A DNA stretch of 64,000 bases, from positions 24,809 to 88,808 of the forward strand of contig JBAYOW010000001.1 of assembly GCA_041678005.1 (NCBI GenBank), written 5' to 3'. How positions within the stretch are numbered: position 1 is the first letter of the stretch; every line of letters begins with the position of its first letter. Both the position numbers and the translations under genes were made by a program. The notes below the pieces were generated by a model, which saw nothing but the letters and a program-made list of their open reading frames with translations, was not told where the DNA came from and did not search any database. Positions 40,475-51,985 of the stretch are shown here, one piece after another. The DNA is from Thiohalomonadaceae bacterium (GTDB lineage Bacteria > Pseudomonadota > Gammaproteobacteria > Thiohalomonadales > Thiohalomonadaceae).

Positions 40475-43048
40475 TTATTTCTCAGTGACCGCTTCTTCAT
40501 CGGCGGCGTCATCGTCATCGCTCTCACCACTTTCTGCGATACGCTCAAGTGCAACAAGCTTTTCTCCAGCACCCAGCCGGATCAGGGTCACACCCTGAGT
40601 ATTACGACCCAACACCGACACCTCGGACACCCGTGTGCGCACCAAGGTACCGCCATCTGTCACCAACATGATTTCATCACTTTCCTGTACCAGCACGGCA
40701 GAGACAACTGCACCATTACGCTTCGAGGTCTGAATGGAAATAACACCCTGGCCACCGCGACCTTGCAAGCGGTAATCACCGATCGGCGTGCGCTTGCCGT
40801 AACCGTTTTCAGTAGCTGTAAGCACATCACCCTCTGCCGCCACCATCAATGAGACCACTCGCTGATCCTGCTGCAGACGAATACCACGCACTCCACGTGC
40901 CACCCGACCCATAGATCTAACATCAGACTCATTGAAACGTATCACCTTGCCCGCATCGGTGAACAACAGGATGTCACGCGAACCATCGGTCAGACTCACA
41001 CCGACCAGTTGATCATTCTCCAGCAAACTCACGGCAATAAGGCCATTGCTACGAATATTGGCATACTCCTGCAAGGGCGTTTTCTTCACCGTGCCGCCTG
41101 CTGTGGCCATAAAGATATACTGCCCATCGACAAATTCACGAATGGACAGAATGGCATTGATACGCTCGTCCTTTTCCAATGGCAACAAGTTGACAATCGG
41201 CCGCCCGCGCGCACCATGCCCTGCCTGTGGCAGCTCATAGACCTTCTTCGCATAAACGCGGCCACGGCTGGAGAAGCAAAGAATCGTATCGTGCGTATTG
41301 GCAACAAACAGCTTGTCGATGAAATCTTCTTCCTTCACCGAAGAAGCCGCCCGCCCACGCCCGCCGCGACGCTGGGCCCGATAATCGGTCACTGGCTGCG
41401 ATTTGACATAACCCCCATGCGATAGTGTTACCACCACATCTTCTTCACTGATCAAATCTTCCATCGACAGATCTTCATACGTAGTACGAATCTCAGTGCG
41501 GCGTGGATCAGCGTACATATCACGCACCTGCTCCAGCTCCTCACGGATCACCTCCATCAGACGATCCGGATCGTGCAGGATATGCAACAGACTGGCGATG
41601 GTCTCCAGCAACGTGCGGTATTCATCAATAATCTTGTCCTGCTCAAGGCCGGTAAGTCTATGTAAGCGCAGATCCAAAATAGCCTGAGCTTGAGCCTCTG
41701 ACAGACGATAACCCCCCTCAACCAGACCAAACTCTTTGGCCAGACTTTCAGGACGCGAAGATTCGGCACCGCCTCGTTCCAGCATCTCTATTACTATGCC
41801 AGGTAGCCATAACTGCGAGAGCAAGCCCGCCTTGGCCTCGGCCGAATTCGATGATTTTTTGATGAGTTCGATAACAGGATCGATATTGGCCAGCGCGATC
41901 GCCAGCCCTTCCAGCACATGTGCCCGTTCACGCGCCTTACGCAGCTCGAACAAGGTACGCCGCGTCACTACCTCACGGCGGTGGCGAACAAAGGCCTCCA
42001 GCAACTGCTTGAGATTGAGCAGACGCGGCTGGCCATCAAGCAGTGCGACCATATTGATACCAAAGACATTCTGCATGGCCGTTTGTTGGTACAGGTTATT
42101 GAGCAGCACATCGACGTTCTCGCCACGCTTCAGCTCAATCACCATGCGCATGCCGTCCTTGTCGGACTCATCACGCAGCTCTGAAATACCTTCGAGCTTC
42201 TTTTCCTTGACCAGCTCGGCAATACGCTCCAACAGACGTGCCTTGTTGACCTGATAAGGCAGCTCATTCACCACTATGCGCTGACGACCTGAAGCCATTT
42301 CCTCGATTTCGGCGCGGGCACGAATATGGATGCGACCACGTCCCGTGTGATAGGCCTCATGGATGCCTCTGGCACCATTGATAATACCGGCCGTTGGTAA
42401 ATCAGGCCCGGCAATATGCTGCATCAACTCGCTGATACTGATATCTGGATTTGCCATCAGAGCCAGACAGCCATTGATGACCTCACCAAGATTGTGCGGC
42501 GGGATGTTCGTTGCCATGCCAACTGCAATACCGGCAGAGCCATTGACCAACAGATTGGGGAAGCGCGCCGGCAATACCGCTGGCTCATGTTCGGAGCCAT
42601 CATAATTTGATACAAAATCGACGGTTTCCTTCTCGATATCGGCCATCAGCTCATGGGCAATACGCGCCATGCGCACCTCGGTGTAACGCATCGCTGCTGG
42701 TGAATCACCATCGACCGAACCGAAGTTGCCTTGTCCATCTACCAGCATGTAGCGCAAGGAGAAGGGTTGAGCCATGCGCACGATCGTGTCGTACACGGCC
42801 GAATCGCCGTGTGGATGATATTTACCGATGACATCACCGACCACACGAGCAGATTTTTTATAGGGTTTATTCCAGTCATTACCCAGTTCGCGCATGGCAT
42901 GCAGCACACGGCGATGCACAGGCTTGAGGCCGTCACGTGCATCGGGCAGCGCGCGACCAACAATCACGCTCATGGCGTAATCAAGATAAGACTGCTTCAT
43001 CTCCTCCTCGATGTTGATCGAGAGGACTTCTTTTGCAAACTCAGCCAT
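40475..43048 (-). CDS. gyrA: DNA gyrase subunit A
   Basis: Begins [51 protein letters not shown] region [10 protein letters not shown], active-site AAMRYTE, and an acidic C-terminal tail. Confidence 0.98.
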   Translation of the reverse strand: MAEFAKEVLSINIEEEMKQSYLDYAMSVIVGRALPDARDGLKPVHRRVLHAMRELGNDWNKPYKKSARVVGDVIGKYHPHGDSAVYDTIVRMAQPFSLRYMLVDGQGNFGSVDGDSPAAMRYTEVRMARIAHELMADIEKETVDFVSNYDGSEHEPAVLPARFPNLLVNGSAGIAVGMATNIPPHNLGEVINGCLALMANPDISISELMQHIAGPDLPTAGIINGARGIHEAYHTGRGRIHIRARAEIEEMASGRQRIVVNELPYQVNKARLLERIAELVKEKKLEGISELRDESDKDGMRMVIELKRGENVDVLLNNLYQQTAMQNVFGINMVALLDGQPRLLNLKQLLEAFVRHRREVVTRRTLFELRKARERAHVLEGLAIALANIDPVIELIKKSSNSAEAKAGLLSQLWLPGIVIEMLERGGAESSRPESLAKEFGLVEGGYRLSEAQAQAILDLRLHRLTGLEQDKIIDEYRTLLETIASLLHILHDPDRLMEVIREELEQVRDMYADPRRTEIRTTYEDLSMEDLISEEDVVVTLSHGGYVKSQPVTDYRAQRRGGRGRAASSVKEEDFIDKLFVANTHDTILCFSSRGRVYAKKVYELPQAGHGARGRPIVNLLPLEKDERINAILSIREFVDGQYIFMATAGGTVKKTPLQEYANIRSNGLIAVSLLENDQLVGVSLTDGSRDILLFTDAGKVIRFNESDVRSMGRVARGVRGIRLQQDQRVVSLMVAAEGDVLTATENGYGKRTPIGDYRLQGRGGQGVISIQTSKRNGAVVSAVLVQESDEIMLVTDGGTLVRTRVSEVSVLGRNTQGVTLIRLGAGEKLVALERIAESGESDDDDAADEEAVTEK

Positions 43049-43162
43049 CGAAAAATCTAATCCTTATCTGCCCTTGCACACCAGAGCCAAGCGGGCTTGA
43101 CGGCGCCCAGCTGTCATAGCGTGGGCGTGGGCCAAGCTGGCGGATTGTATCATAGCTAAAGC

Positions 43163-44209
43163 CTATGGCTGCTGCATCAAGGCCGCCATTTTCTCTGCAT
43201 TGGGCTGCAACACCACCCCACGCTCAGTAACTATAGCGCCTATAAGCCCTGCTGGAGTCACATCAAAAGCCGGATTCCAGGCTGAAGCCCCATTAGCTGC
43301 TACCTGCCGCCCAGCCAGGGTCAAGACCTCATCGGCAGAGCGGTCTTCAATGGGAATCAAATCACCGCTGGCCAACGACATATCTATCGTCGAGGTTGGC
43401 GCCACCACCATGAATTTCACTCCATGATAGCGGGCATTGATGGCAGCACTATAAGTACCTATTTTATTCGCCACATCACCATTGGCGGCAATGCGATCAG
43501 AACCAACAATCACCCATGTCACCTGCCCCTGCTTCAGCAGATGCGCCGCAGCCCCATCGACCAGCAAGGTCACCGGAATCCTGTCCTGCACCAACTCCCA
43601 TGCGGTCAAGCGCGCTCCCTGCAACCAGGGTCGTGTCTCATCGGCATAAACATGGTGGATGCGGCCAGCTGTATAGGCACTGCGTATCACCCCCAGGGCT
43701 GTGCCATAGCCGCCGGTAGCCAAAGAGCCGGTATTGCACTGTGTCAATACCGCACCACCTTCGATCAGGGCTGCACCCAATTCTCCCATACGATAATTGG
43801 CCGCGATATCCTCTTCATGAATTGCCACAGCCTCAGCCAGTAACGTGGTTTCCGGATTACCAGTGCCCATATCGGCAATCAAACGTTCCATACGCGAGAG
43901 CGCCCAAAACAGATTCACTGCCGTAGGCCGAGCCGCCGCCAAATACGCGATATCCTCCTTGATTGCCCCACGCCATGCCTCGCCCGCAGTGTTATAACTC
44001 TGACGAGCTGCCAATACCACGGCATAGGCGGCTGTCACCCCGATGGCTGGAGCACCACGCACCACCATCTCACGGATAGCATCTGCCACGGCGCGAGGCT
44101 CGGTATAGGAAAGATAAGCAGACTGTTGCGGCAAGATGCGCTGATCGAGCAAATGCAGCTGTTCGTTCCGCCACAAAACTGCGCGTATATTGTCGTGTGA
44201 CATATTCAT
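43163..44209 (-). CDS. mtnA: S-methyl-5-thioribose-1-phosphate isomerase
   Basis: LLDQRILP..., [28 protein letters not shown]. Start trimmed to MNMSHDN; the track ORF runs to 44359. Confidence 0.9.
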   Translation of the reverse strand: MNMSHDNIRAVLWRNEQLHLLDQRILPQQSAYLSYTEPRAVADAIREMVVRGAPAIGVTAAYAVVLAARQSYNTAGEAWRGAIKEDIAYLAAARPTAVNLFWALSRMERLIADMGTGNPETTLLAEAVAIHEEDIAANYRMGELGAALIEGGAVLTQCNTGSLATGGYGTALGVIRSAYTAGRIHHVYADETRPWLQGARLTAWELVQDRIPVTLLVDGAAAHLLKQGQVTWVIVGSDRIAANGDVANKIGTYSAAINARYHGVKFMVVAPTSTIDMSLASGDLIPIEDRSADEVLTLAGRQVAANGASAWNPAFDVTPAGLIGAIVTERGVVLQPNAEKMAALMQQP

Positions 44210-44390
44210 GATATTCGAGATATTTGATGCCTGAAAACACGACATCCTACCCGAATTCAATACATAGGCGTAGAGAGAACAACAAGAAAATGACAAGCAA
44301 GCCTGGCTCGCAGATTTCACCATGGAGTGAGCAAAGGCAGAGCGTGCGCCGCGTACCAATCAATAAATATATTTCTTTGATTCCATCACA

Positions 44391-46895
44391 TCAGTCCTGG
44401 CTGGCCGCTTGCCCACCAACTTTATCCTGATATTTTTTCAGTGCTGACATAACTGAATCCAGCGCCCTGTCCATAAGCGGCTTTTCATCGGCAAGGGAAA
44501 CTTGCCCATTGGCAAGTGCAGTAACCAGTTGTTGAAGATTGATATCCCGCACCACCTTGAAGAAGCGGTCAACAAAGACATATTCGCCCATCACCACACT
44601 CTTCCACGCCAATTTGCCACGGCGCACGCGTCCATTTTCATCAGTGAAGTTAAGCCAGCTGCCCACCTCAAGCTCACGCGCCATGCTGGCATAAGTGGCA
44701 TACTGCTCAGCCCACTGCCGATCCTCTTCCTGCCCGGCAGGCATCTCGGAGGACATGACAATTTCTTCCGTGAAAGGCCCTTTGTCCGCTGATGTTGTTG
44801 CAGCTGCCGTTTGATCTGCTGCGGCTGAATCCTCGCTCTCTGCCTGCATGAGCACAGCTGATGCAACTTCTTCCGCTGGTGCCATGACCGGCTGCTGGCG
44901 GGTACTGGTCGGCGCAGGCAAGGGCAGATCGTCGAGCAAGGTACCCAGTTCCTTGGCCGACATGACACGTCCAGCAGTCTGGCGAACCTGCTCTGCTTCT
45001 AGCAAGACAGGCTTCCCAGCTCGCTGTTCAGCGACTGGCTTGAGTGAAGCTGTTGGGGTTGCGGGCTTTTCTACCTCTCTACTACGCAAACCCTCCAAAT
45101 GGCACTCTTCCAGTGCCTTGAAGAAGCGCTGACTTTCCTCTGCGGGCAGATTGGCAACCACGCTGAAGCGGCGCAAATCGACCAGTAATGAAGGCAACAA
45201 CCTTGCCAGTGCCTTGCGCTCTACAGCGCCTTGCTTCGGCTGCAGGCTGTCTACCAGGGTGGTAGCCAAAGCAGCGGCACGCTGCCAAGCCTCACACTTG
45301 CTACCACTTGCGCGGTAAAGCTCGACCAAATGTTCGCTCCAGGCACCCTCCAACAACTCCCTGACAGCATCTGGCAAGATATCCACTGCCAGCAAGGGAG
45401 CCATCGCCTCACTGGCGGTAGCGTGTGACTGTTCCAGGGTGATCCGCACTTGTTCAAGCTGTGCCTGCTCCTGCGTGTAAAATTCCTGCAATTCCTGTCT
45501 TAATTCGGCAAAAAGCAGCAGATCATCGTCAAATTCCTGCAAGATACGGCCAACAATCAGTTCGATTTTGCCAAACACTGGCGAAGTGGTGACATCCGCC
45601 ACCTCATCCAGCCCCATACCGGCACGCGCAAGCTCATTAAGCAATAAACGTGCTGGATGGCTTTTCTTGCCAAAAAAATTCCGATCAAGCAAGGCCACCT
45701 TCAACATGGGGATCTGCAGCCGTGCCAATACTCCCTTGACTGCAACCGGCAATTCCGGATCGTCGAGGATGAAGTCAAACATCATGCCGACAACATCGAT
45801 GATATCGGCCTGATTCTGGCTGAACTCACGCCCACTGCCCAAACCCTGCTGCTGGATATTCATTTGCAACTGGTTGCGCAGATTGGATAACTCATCGGAA
45901 GATACCGCAGCAGCAAAATGTGGCTGCAGCGCCGACAGGCTGGTCAATACCTCGTCCACGGAAAACGCTGCTGCCACCGTTTCTTCTCTACTCAAGGGTG
46001 CATCACTGTGTTGATCACGCTGTACGGCGAGCAACTGTTGCATCAAGGTAAAGGTTTCCATTTGCTCAGCCGACAACTCAACCGCCTGACGGGTCTCATT
46101 GTTTGGCTGCGCCACGGATGCACTAACTGCTTGGCCGTTATGCGAATGAGCTGCCCCACGTGAGCGACCAGATACCTTTACAACACTGGAAGTCTGTGGG
46201 CGACCCTGTAAATCCGGCAACACGCCGCCGCGCGCGAAAATGGTATTGGCGGCGGAGTAAAAGACATCCAGGTGCTGGACGACAATCTTGTCAAAGAGCT
46301 TGTAGACAACCAGCCTGGCAGTGAGCTCCATGGCAACCATAGCGATTGCGGCACGAAAGGACTCACATAGCGCTGCCGGATCGAAAGGGTTTTCTTCTTC
46401 GCTGGGTTCCTTGTCGACATCACCATCCTGGGTAGCTGTTTGCACGCGCCTGTTCAGACAATACAGCGCATCGGCATATAAATCCCTGGCCTTATCAACC
46501 ATGTTGCGCAGGGCAATTGTCTCTTCAAGATCAGCATCATCAATCAGAGCTAATTCCAGCATGACGGGCTCATCCGAACCACCCTGCTCGCCATTTAAGG
46601 CGGCACTGAATTCTATCTGATATTGTGTGTTGAATTTCTCCAGCAGGGCTTCCTTGCGCAAGCGTAGCTCGCGCATAAGATCGAAATAAACAGCTTGCTG
46701 CGCGTTATTTTCGGCCTTGTTGGCCAGATCAAACAAGGCATCATCAACCTTGTTGAATAAGGTATTCAATAATGGCTGCAACTGCTTTTCAGCATTGAGC
46801 CTGGCACTTTGTACCAATGGCGGCAGAGCAGTTCCTTTGGCTCCTGTCGCATCGGTGCGTACATTGAAAGGCAGCACATTCAGTGAATTGCTCAT
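44391..46895 (-). CDS. DUF1631 family protein (function unknown)
   Basis: N-terminal LFNKVDDALFDLANKAENNAQQAVYFDLMRELR and central KSHPARLLLNELA match my recollection of DUF1631. 834 aa. Confidence 0.8.
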   Translation of the reverse strand: MSNSLNVLPFNVRTDATGAKGTALPPLVQSARLNAEKQLQPLLNTLFNKVDDALFDLANKAENNAQQAVYFDLMRELRLRKEALLEKFNTQYQIEFSAALNGEQGGSDEPVMLELALIDDADLEETIALRNMVDKARDLYADALYCLNRRVQTATQDGDVDKEPSEEENPFDPAALCESFRAAIAMVAMELTARLVVYKLFDKIVVQHLDVFYSAANTIFARGGVLPDLQGRPQTSSVVKVSGRSRGAAHSHNGQAVSASVAQPNNETRQAVELSAEQMETFTLMQQLLAVQRDQHSDAPLSREETVAAAFSVDEVLTSLSALQPHFAAAVSSDELSNLRNQLQMNIQQQGLGSGREFSQNQADIIDVVGMMFDFILDDPELPVAVKGVLARLQIPMLKVALLDRNFFGKKSHPARLLLNELARAGMGLDEVADVTTSPVFGKIELIVGRILQEFDDDLLLFAELRQELQEFYTQEQAQLEQVRITLEQSHATASEAMAPLLAVDILPDAVRELLEGAWSEHLVELYRASGSKCEAWQRAAALATTLVDSLQPKQGAVERKALARLLPSLLVDLRRFSVVANLPAEESQRFFKALEECHLEGLRSREVEKPATPTASLKPVAEQRAGKPVLLEAEQVRQTAGRVMSAKELGTLLDDLPLPAPTSTRQQPVMAPAEEVASAVLMQAESEDSAAADQTAAATTSADKGPFTEEIVMSSEMPAGQEEDRQWAEQYATYASMARELEVGSWLNFTDENGRVRRGKLAWKSVVMGEYVFVDRFFKVVRDINLQQLVTALANGQVSLADEKPLMDRALDSVMSALKKYQDKVGGQAASQD

Positions 46896-47097
46896 AATGC
46901 ACCTCCGGACGGATGGACCTGTTTTTCATTCTGTTCTCATACAAATTAGACCAATCCCCACTTACCTACCGTGACGCACACGACACTATTCATATGATGC
47001 AGCTCACACTATCGCCGGGGTTAGCCAGAAACCCCATTGGCGTACCCCATAACACGGCTGGCTTGTAAGCCGCTATGCCGCCCTGTATCTTTCGCCC

Positions 47098-48432
47098 ATG
47101 CAAAACATCGACACTCTCATCCACGCGCGCTGGGTCATCCCGGTCGAACCGGCTCACCTGGTGCTTGAACAGCATAGTATTGCGATCGGCCAAGGTCGTA
47201 TTCTCGAAATATTGCCTTCCGTGCTAGCCAGGCAAAAATATCATGCAATAAGCGAAGTGAGCCTGCCTGAACACGCCTTGATGCCAGGCCTTATCAATGC
47301 ACACACCCACGCGTCGATGAGCCTGTTCCGTGGTCTGGCCGATGACCTGTCACTCATGGACTGGCTTAACCAGCATATCTGGCCAGCGGAGTCACGTTGG
47401 GTCAGTGAAGAATTCGTCCGTGAAGGCATACAGCTGGCGATGGCTGAGATGCTGCGCAGCGGCACGACCTGTTTCAATGATATGTATTTTTTCCCTGATA
47501 CTACTGCCCGCGCTGCCAGCCAGGCCGGAATGCGCGCCGTGGTTGGGCTGATCGTCATTGATTTTCCTAGTGCCTGGGCGCAACATGCCGATGAATATCT
47601 GCATAAGGGAATTCAGGTTCATGATCAGTACCATGCCGACTTGCTGATCACCACCACCTTTGCCCCGCACGCCCCTTACACCGTGGCCGATATACCCTTA
47701 CAGAAAGTCGCCATGTATGCCGAAGAGATGGATATTCCCATCCACATGCATATTCATGAAACTGCACACGAGGTCACGCAAGCCCTGGCTGAGCACAGTC
47801 AACGCCCATTGCAACGCCTGGCCGAACTTGGACTGATGTCACCGCGCCTGCTGGCCGTGCACATGACCCAGCTTGAAGATGAGGATATCAGCACGATAGC
47901 TATGGCTGGCGCTCATATAGTCCACTGCCCCGAGTCCAATCTAAAACTGGCCAGTGGCTTTTGCCCAGTCCATAAACTACTGCTTGCAGGTGTCAATGTC
48001 GCCCTGGGCACCGATGGTTCTGCCAGTAACAACGATCTCGACATGTTTACCGAAATGCGCACTGCCGCCCTGCTTGCCAAGGGTGTTGCCGGTGATGCCA
48101 GCGCCCTGCCCGCTTTTTCAGCGCTGCAGATGGCTACCATCAACGGTGCCCGTGCGCTGGGTCTGGAGCATGTCACAGGTTCACTGCAAGCAGGCAAGGC
48201 CGCTGATATCATTGCCGTGCGCCTGGATGAGATTGAAACCCAACCGCTGTACCATCCGGTCTCACAACTGGTTTATGCCGCCAGTCGCGACAAGGTGAGC
48301 GATGTATGGGTGGCAGGTCGCCGACTGCTGAAAAATCGTCAACTCACCACTCTGGATGAAAACCACCTGCTGGCCTGTGCAAAAAAATGGCGTGAACGCA
48401 TCTGGCAAAACAAGGTAGAAAATGAATCATGA
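47098..48432 (+). CDS. mtaD: TRZ/ATZ-family amidohydrolase, likely 5-methylthioadenosine/S-adenosylhomocysteine deaminase
   Basis: [42 protein letters not shown]. Confidence 0.85.
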   Translation: MQNIDTLIHARWVIPVEPAHLVLEQHSIAIGQGRILEILPSVLARQKYHAISEVSLPEHALMPGLINAHTHASMSLFRGLADDLSLMDWLNQHIWPAESRWVSEEFVREGIQLAMAEMLRSGTTCFNDMYFFPDTTARAASQAGMRAVVGLIVIDFPSAWAQHADEYLHKGIQVHDQYHADLLITTTFAPHAPYTVADIPLQKVAMYAEEMDIPIHMHIHETAHEVTQALAEHSQRPLQRLAELGLMSPRLLAVHMTQLEDEDISTIAMAGAHIVHCPESNLKLASGFCPVHKLLLAGVNVALGTDGSASNNDLDMFTEMRTAALLAKGVAGDASALPAFSALQMATINGARALGLEHVTGSLQAGKAADIIAVRLDEIETQPLYHPVSQLVYAASRDKVSDVWVAGRRLLKNRQLTTLDENHLLACAKKWRERIWQNKVENES

Positions 48433-49133
48433 ATACAGCCAACGTCGATTATGTAGAGATCAAAAAATTCGAAGAGCTCGCTTCACGCTGGTGGGATCCT
48501 GACAGTGAGTTCAAACCACTGCACGACATCAACCCATTGCGGCTGGACTACATCGATCAACGCGCCTTACTGAGCGGCAAGACAGTGCTGGATGTTGGTT
48601 GTGGCGGCGGCATTCTGGCTGAGAGTTTGGCGCAACGCGGTGCCAGGGTGATGGGGATCGACATGGGCGAAGCGCCGCTGGAAGTCGCCCAGCTACACAA
48701 GCTGGAATCTGGTGTTGAAGTGGATTACCGCCGCACCACCGCTGAACAATTGGCTAGCGAGATGCCGGCCTATTTCGATGTCGTCACCTGCATGGAAATG
48801 CTTGAGCATGTGCCTAATCCGGCCTCTGTCATCGCTGCCTGCGCAGCCTTGGTCAAACCAGGTGGACAGGTGTTTTTCTCCACTATAAATCGCAACCCCA
48901 AAGCCTATCTATTTGCCATAATCAGTGCTGAATACCTGCTGCGCCTACTACCCAAGGGCACGCATGATTTTGCCAAATTCATCCGCCCTTCAGAGCTGGA
49001 GCCAAGCATTCGTCAGGCAGGCTTGCAGCTACGCGAGCTCACCGGCATGAGCTACAATCCACTGACCCGCAACTACAGTCTGGAGCGTGATCTGGATGTC
49101 AACTATCTCGCCTGGTGCACAAGGGATAGCTAA
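48429..49133 (+). CDS. ubiG: ubiquinone biosynthesis O-methyltransferase
   Basis: [13 protein letters not shown] motif [11 protein letters not shown], and MLEHVP. Confidence 0.92.
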   Translation: MNTANVDYVEIKKFEELASRWWDPDSEFKPLHDINPLRLDYIDQRALLSGKTVLDVGCGGGILAESLAQRGARVMGIDMGEAPLEVAQLHKLESGVEVDYRRTTAEQLASEMPAYFDVVTCMEMLEHVPNPASVIAACAALVKPGGQVFFSTINRNPKAYLFAIISAEYLLRLLPKGTHDFAKFIRPSELEPSIRQAGLQLRELTGMSYNPLTRNYSLERDLDVNYLAWCTRDS

Positions 49134-49136
49134 GCT

Positions 49137-49814
49137 GTGAGCGTGGTCAGACCCTCCAACAAAAAACTCAAAACCATACTTTTCGATCTCGACGGCACCC
49201 TGGCTGATACCGCACCCGATCTGGCCTATGCACTCAACCAGACGCTGCAGGAGGCCGGCCGCACACCACTGCCTTATGAACTCATTCGACCCGTCGCCTC
49301 CCATGGTGCCGCTGCATTGCTGCAACTTGGTTTTGGTACTGACATGGCTGAGCAGGAACTCAGCAAATTACGCAATTTCCTGCTCGATGTATATCTACAA
49401 AACATCACACGTGAATCGGTTTTGTTTGCCGGCATCAGCGAATTGTTGGCCGCCATTGAGCAACAAGGACTCAACTGGGGCGTGGTCACCAATAAACCAG
49501 CCTACCTGACCATGCCACTAATGCGCGAACTTGGCCTGGCAGAGCGCGCCATCACCATCATCAGCGGCGATACTCTGCCGCAGTGCAAGCCCCACCCAGC
49601 GCCCATGTGGCAGGCCTGCAAGGAAGCTGGCAGCGAGGTTGATGAATGCCTGTATCTGGGCGATGCTGAGCGCGACATTATCGCTGGACGCGAGGCAGGC
49701 ATTACTACCGTCGTGGCGCTTTATGGCTATATTGATAAACACGAACAGCCGCACAAATGGGGCGCTGATATGCATATCAACAAGCCAACAGACTTATTGC
49801 AGTGCTTAGACTGA
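49137..49814 (+). CDS. HAD-family phosphatase (phosphoglycolate phosphatase / MupP-like)
   Basis: DLDGTLADT motif I, VTNK motif II, GDAERD motif III. GTG start. Follows ubiG, as in pseudomonads. Confidence 0.8.
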   Translation: MSVVRPSNKKLKTILFDLDGTLADTAPDLAYALNQTLQEAGRTPLPYELIRPVASHGAAALLQLGFGTDMAEQELSKLRNFLLDVYLQNITRESVLFAGISELLAAIEQQGLNWGVVTNKPAYLTMPLMRELGLAERAITIISGDTLPQCKPHPAPMWQACKEAGSEVDECLYLGDAERDIIAGREAGITTVVALYGYIDKHEQPHKWGADMHINKPTDLLQCLD

Positions 49815-49842
49815 GAGCTGCAAATCAGCCTGGAAAACAACA

Positions 49843-51120
49843 GTGCCAACTACCGATAACCTAAGCCTGCTGATACTCGCCATATTATTGGCTGCTGCCT
49901 GCGGTGCATTCATCACCTATTTACTGCTCAATCGTCGGGCCATGCGCCTGCATGCAGACAATATTCGTCTGCAAGTCGAGCTGGAGTCTGCGCAACTTGC
50001 CGCCAGTGAAAAAAACACTGCCCTACAGCAGGTGCGGGACAATCTGACCGGGACATTCAGCTCACTGGCCAGCGAGGCACTCAAACATAACAGTACTGAA
50101 TTTCTGCGCCTGGCAGAGGAAAATCTGAAACAGTTTCAAATCCAGGCCAAAGGTGAACTGATACAACGCGAACAGGCAGTAGAAAATCTGGTCAAGCCCA
50201 TCCGCGAAGCCCTGAATAAAACCGAGCAACAGCTGCATGGCATGGAAAAAAGTCGTGCCGAGGCGCATGGCTCACTGAGCAAGCATCTGGAATCCCTGGC
50301 CGAGGCACATCGCCTGCTGCAAGGTGAAACACGCAATCTGGTCCAGGCCCTGCGCCGGCCGGAAGTGCGTGGCCAATGGGGTGAGATGACGCTCAAACGT
50401 CTGGCTGAATTGGCCGGCATGGTCAAGCACTGTGACTTCTACGAGCAAGAACAGGTCAACACCGATGAAGGTCGTCTGCGACCCGACATGATTATCCGCA
50501 TGCCCGATAGCCGTGAGATCATTGTCGATGCCAAGACCCCGTTGGACGCCTATCTTTCAGCAATTGAGGCTGATAGCGATAACAAGCGCCAGCATGAACT
50601 GGATCGCCATGCGCGCAAGCTACGCGAACGTGTACGCGAACTCTCTGCCAAGGCCTACTGGCAGCAATTCGCAAACACCCCTGATTTTGTTGTGCTGTTT
50701 ATCCCAGGCGATCAATTCCTTTCCGCTGCTCTCGAACGCGATCACAAACTGCTGGAAGATGCCCTGGTCGATAAGGTGATACTTGCTACGCCCACCAGTT
50801 TTGTCGCCCTGCTGCGCGCCGTGGCCTACGGCTGGCGACAACAAGCCCTGGCAGAAAATGCCGAACAGATCCGCAAGCTAGGTGAAGAGCTGTATGGCCG
50901 TGTCAACACCTTCACCGAGCACCTCGCTCGGTTGGGGAAAAGTCTGGAAAACAGCGTAAGCAATTTCAACAAAACTGTAGGCACGCTCGATGCACGGGTA
51001 TTGCCAAGCATGCGACGCTTCACTGAAATGGGCATTACAACAAAAAAAGAAATCACCGATATCGCACAAATCGAAATCGCTGCACGCGAAATGAATTTGC
51101 ATGACGATGACAAAAGCTGA
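49843..51120 (+). CDS. rmuC: DNA recombination protein RmuC
   Basis: N-terminal TM, long coiled coil, and a C-terminal RmuC nuclease-like core (QWGEMTLKRL..., VDAK, FIPGDQF). Confidence 0.9.
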   Translation: MPTTDNLSLLILAILLAAACGAFITYLLLNRRAMRLHADNIRLQVELESAQLAASEKNTALQQVRDNLTGTFSSLASEALKHNSTEFLRLAEENLKQFQIQAKGELIQREQAVENLVKPIREALNKTEQQLHGMEKSRAEAHGSLSKHLESLAEAHRLLQGETRNLVQALRRPEVRGQWGEMTLKRLAELAGMVKHCDFYEQEQVNTDEGRLRPDMIIRMPDSREIIVDAKTPLDAYLSAIEADSDNKRQHELDRHARKLRERVRELSAKAYWQQFANTPDFVVLFIPGDQFLSAALERDHKLLEDALVDKVILATPTSFVALLRAVAYGWRQQALAENAEQIRKLGEELYGRVNTFTEHLARLGKSLENSVSNFNKTVGTLDARVLPSMRRFTEMGITTKKEITDIAQIEIAAREMNLHDDDKS

Positions 51121-51985
51121 CCGCTTGGCAGCGGCCTATGCCCACTGTGAGCAGAAAGCTCGCTCCCATTATGAAAATTTCCCGGTGGCCTCACACTTGT
51201 TGCCCAAACACTTACGCCAGCCGATTGCTGTTATCTATACATTTGCCCGTACAGCTGATGATCTGGCTGATGAAGGCGAGACAAATCCGGCACAACGCCT
51301 GCAGCTTTTGACCGAAATGGCGAATGCCCTGGATGACATCACGCGTGGCATAGCTGGCAAACAGCCGGTTTTTATTGCGCTTGCCGATGTTATTGAACAG
51401 CATAATTTACCCGTGCAGTTGTTCCATGATCTGCTCTCCGCTTTTCGTCAGGATGTGGCACAAAAGCACTACGCTGATTTTGCCGCCGTACTCGATTACT
51501 GCCGTCGCTCTGCCAATCCCGTCGGCCGTTTATTACTGCACCTGCAAAATGAAGACAGCGAGCAAAATATTGTGCTTTCTGATCGTGTCTGCACAGCCTT
51601 GCAGCTCATCAATTTTTATCAGGATCTAGCACAGGATTATGCAGAAAACCAGCGCATCTACATCCCGCAGGATGAGATGCAGCAATACGGCATCACAGCA
51701 GAACACTATGCAGAACAACGCAATGATCTGGCTTTGCAGCAGCTGATGCAGTTGCAATACCAACGCGCTCGCAGACTCATGCTCGATGGAGCAGTACTTG
51801 GCCAGCGCCTACAGGGACGTTTTGGTCTGGAGATCCGTCTTATTATTGCTGGTGGTCTACGCATTTTGGACAAAATGACAAAACTAACAAGCACAGATCC
51901 TTTTGCCCGCCCTCGCCTACGCCGCATCGAATGGCCTGTGCTACTCTGGCACGCCTTAAGCAGCAACCGGGATATCCACAGATGA
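51101..51985 (+). CDS. hpnC: hydroxysqualene synthase HpnC (squalene/phytoene synthase family)
   Basis: SHYENFPVAS, FARTADDLADE. First gene of an overlapping three-gene set. Confidence 0.85.
   Translation: MTMTKADRLAAAYAHCEQKARSHYENFPVASHLLPKHLRQPIAVIYTFARTADDLADEGETNPAQRLQLLTEMANALDDITRGIAGKQPVFIALADVIEQHNLPVQLFHDLLSAFRQDVAQKHYADFAAVLDYCRRSANPVGRLLLHLQNEDSEQNIVLSDRVCTALQLINFYQDLAQDYAENQRIYIPQDEMQQYGITAEHYAEQRNDLALQQLMQLQYQRARRLMLDGAVLGQRLQGRFGLEIRLIIAGGLRILDKMTKLTSTDPFARPRLRRIEWPVLLWHALSSNRDIHR

Noticed and set aside
46990-47097. Two small hairpins in the leader of mtaD (GGGGTT-N7-AACCCC at 47017-47035 and CGGCT-N8-AGCCG at 47055-47072), considered as a possible SAH/SAM-type riboswitch.
   Set aside because: I could not match any riboswitch consensus that I know. 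The stems are short and could arise by chance. A covariance-model (Rfam) scan would settle it.
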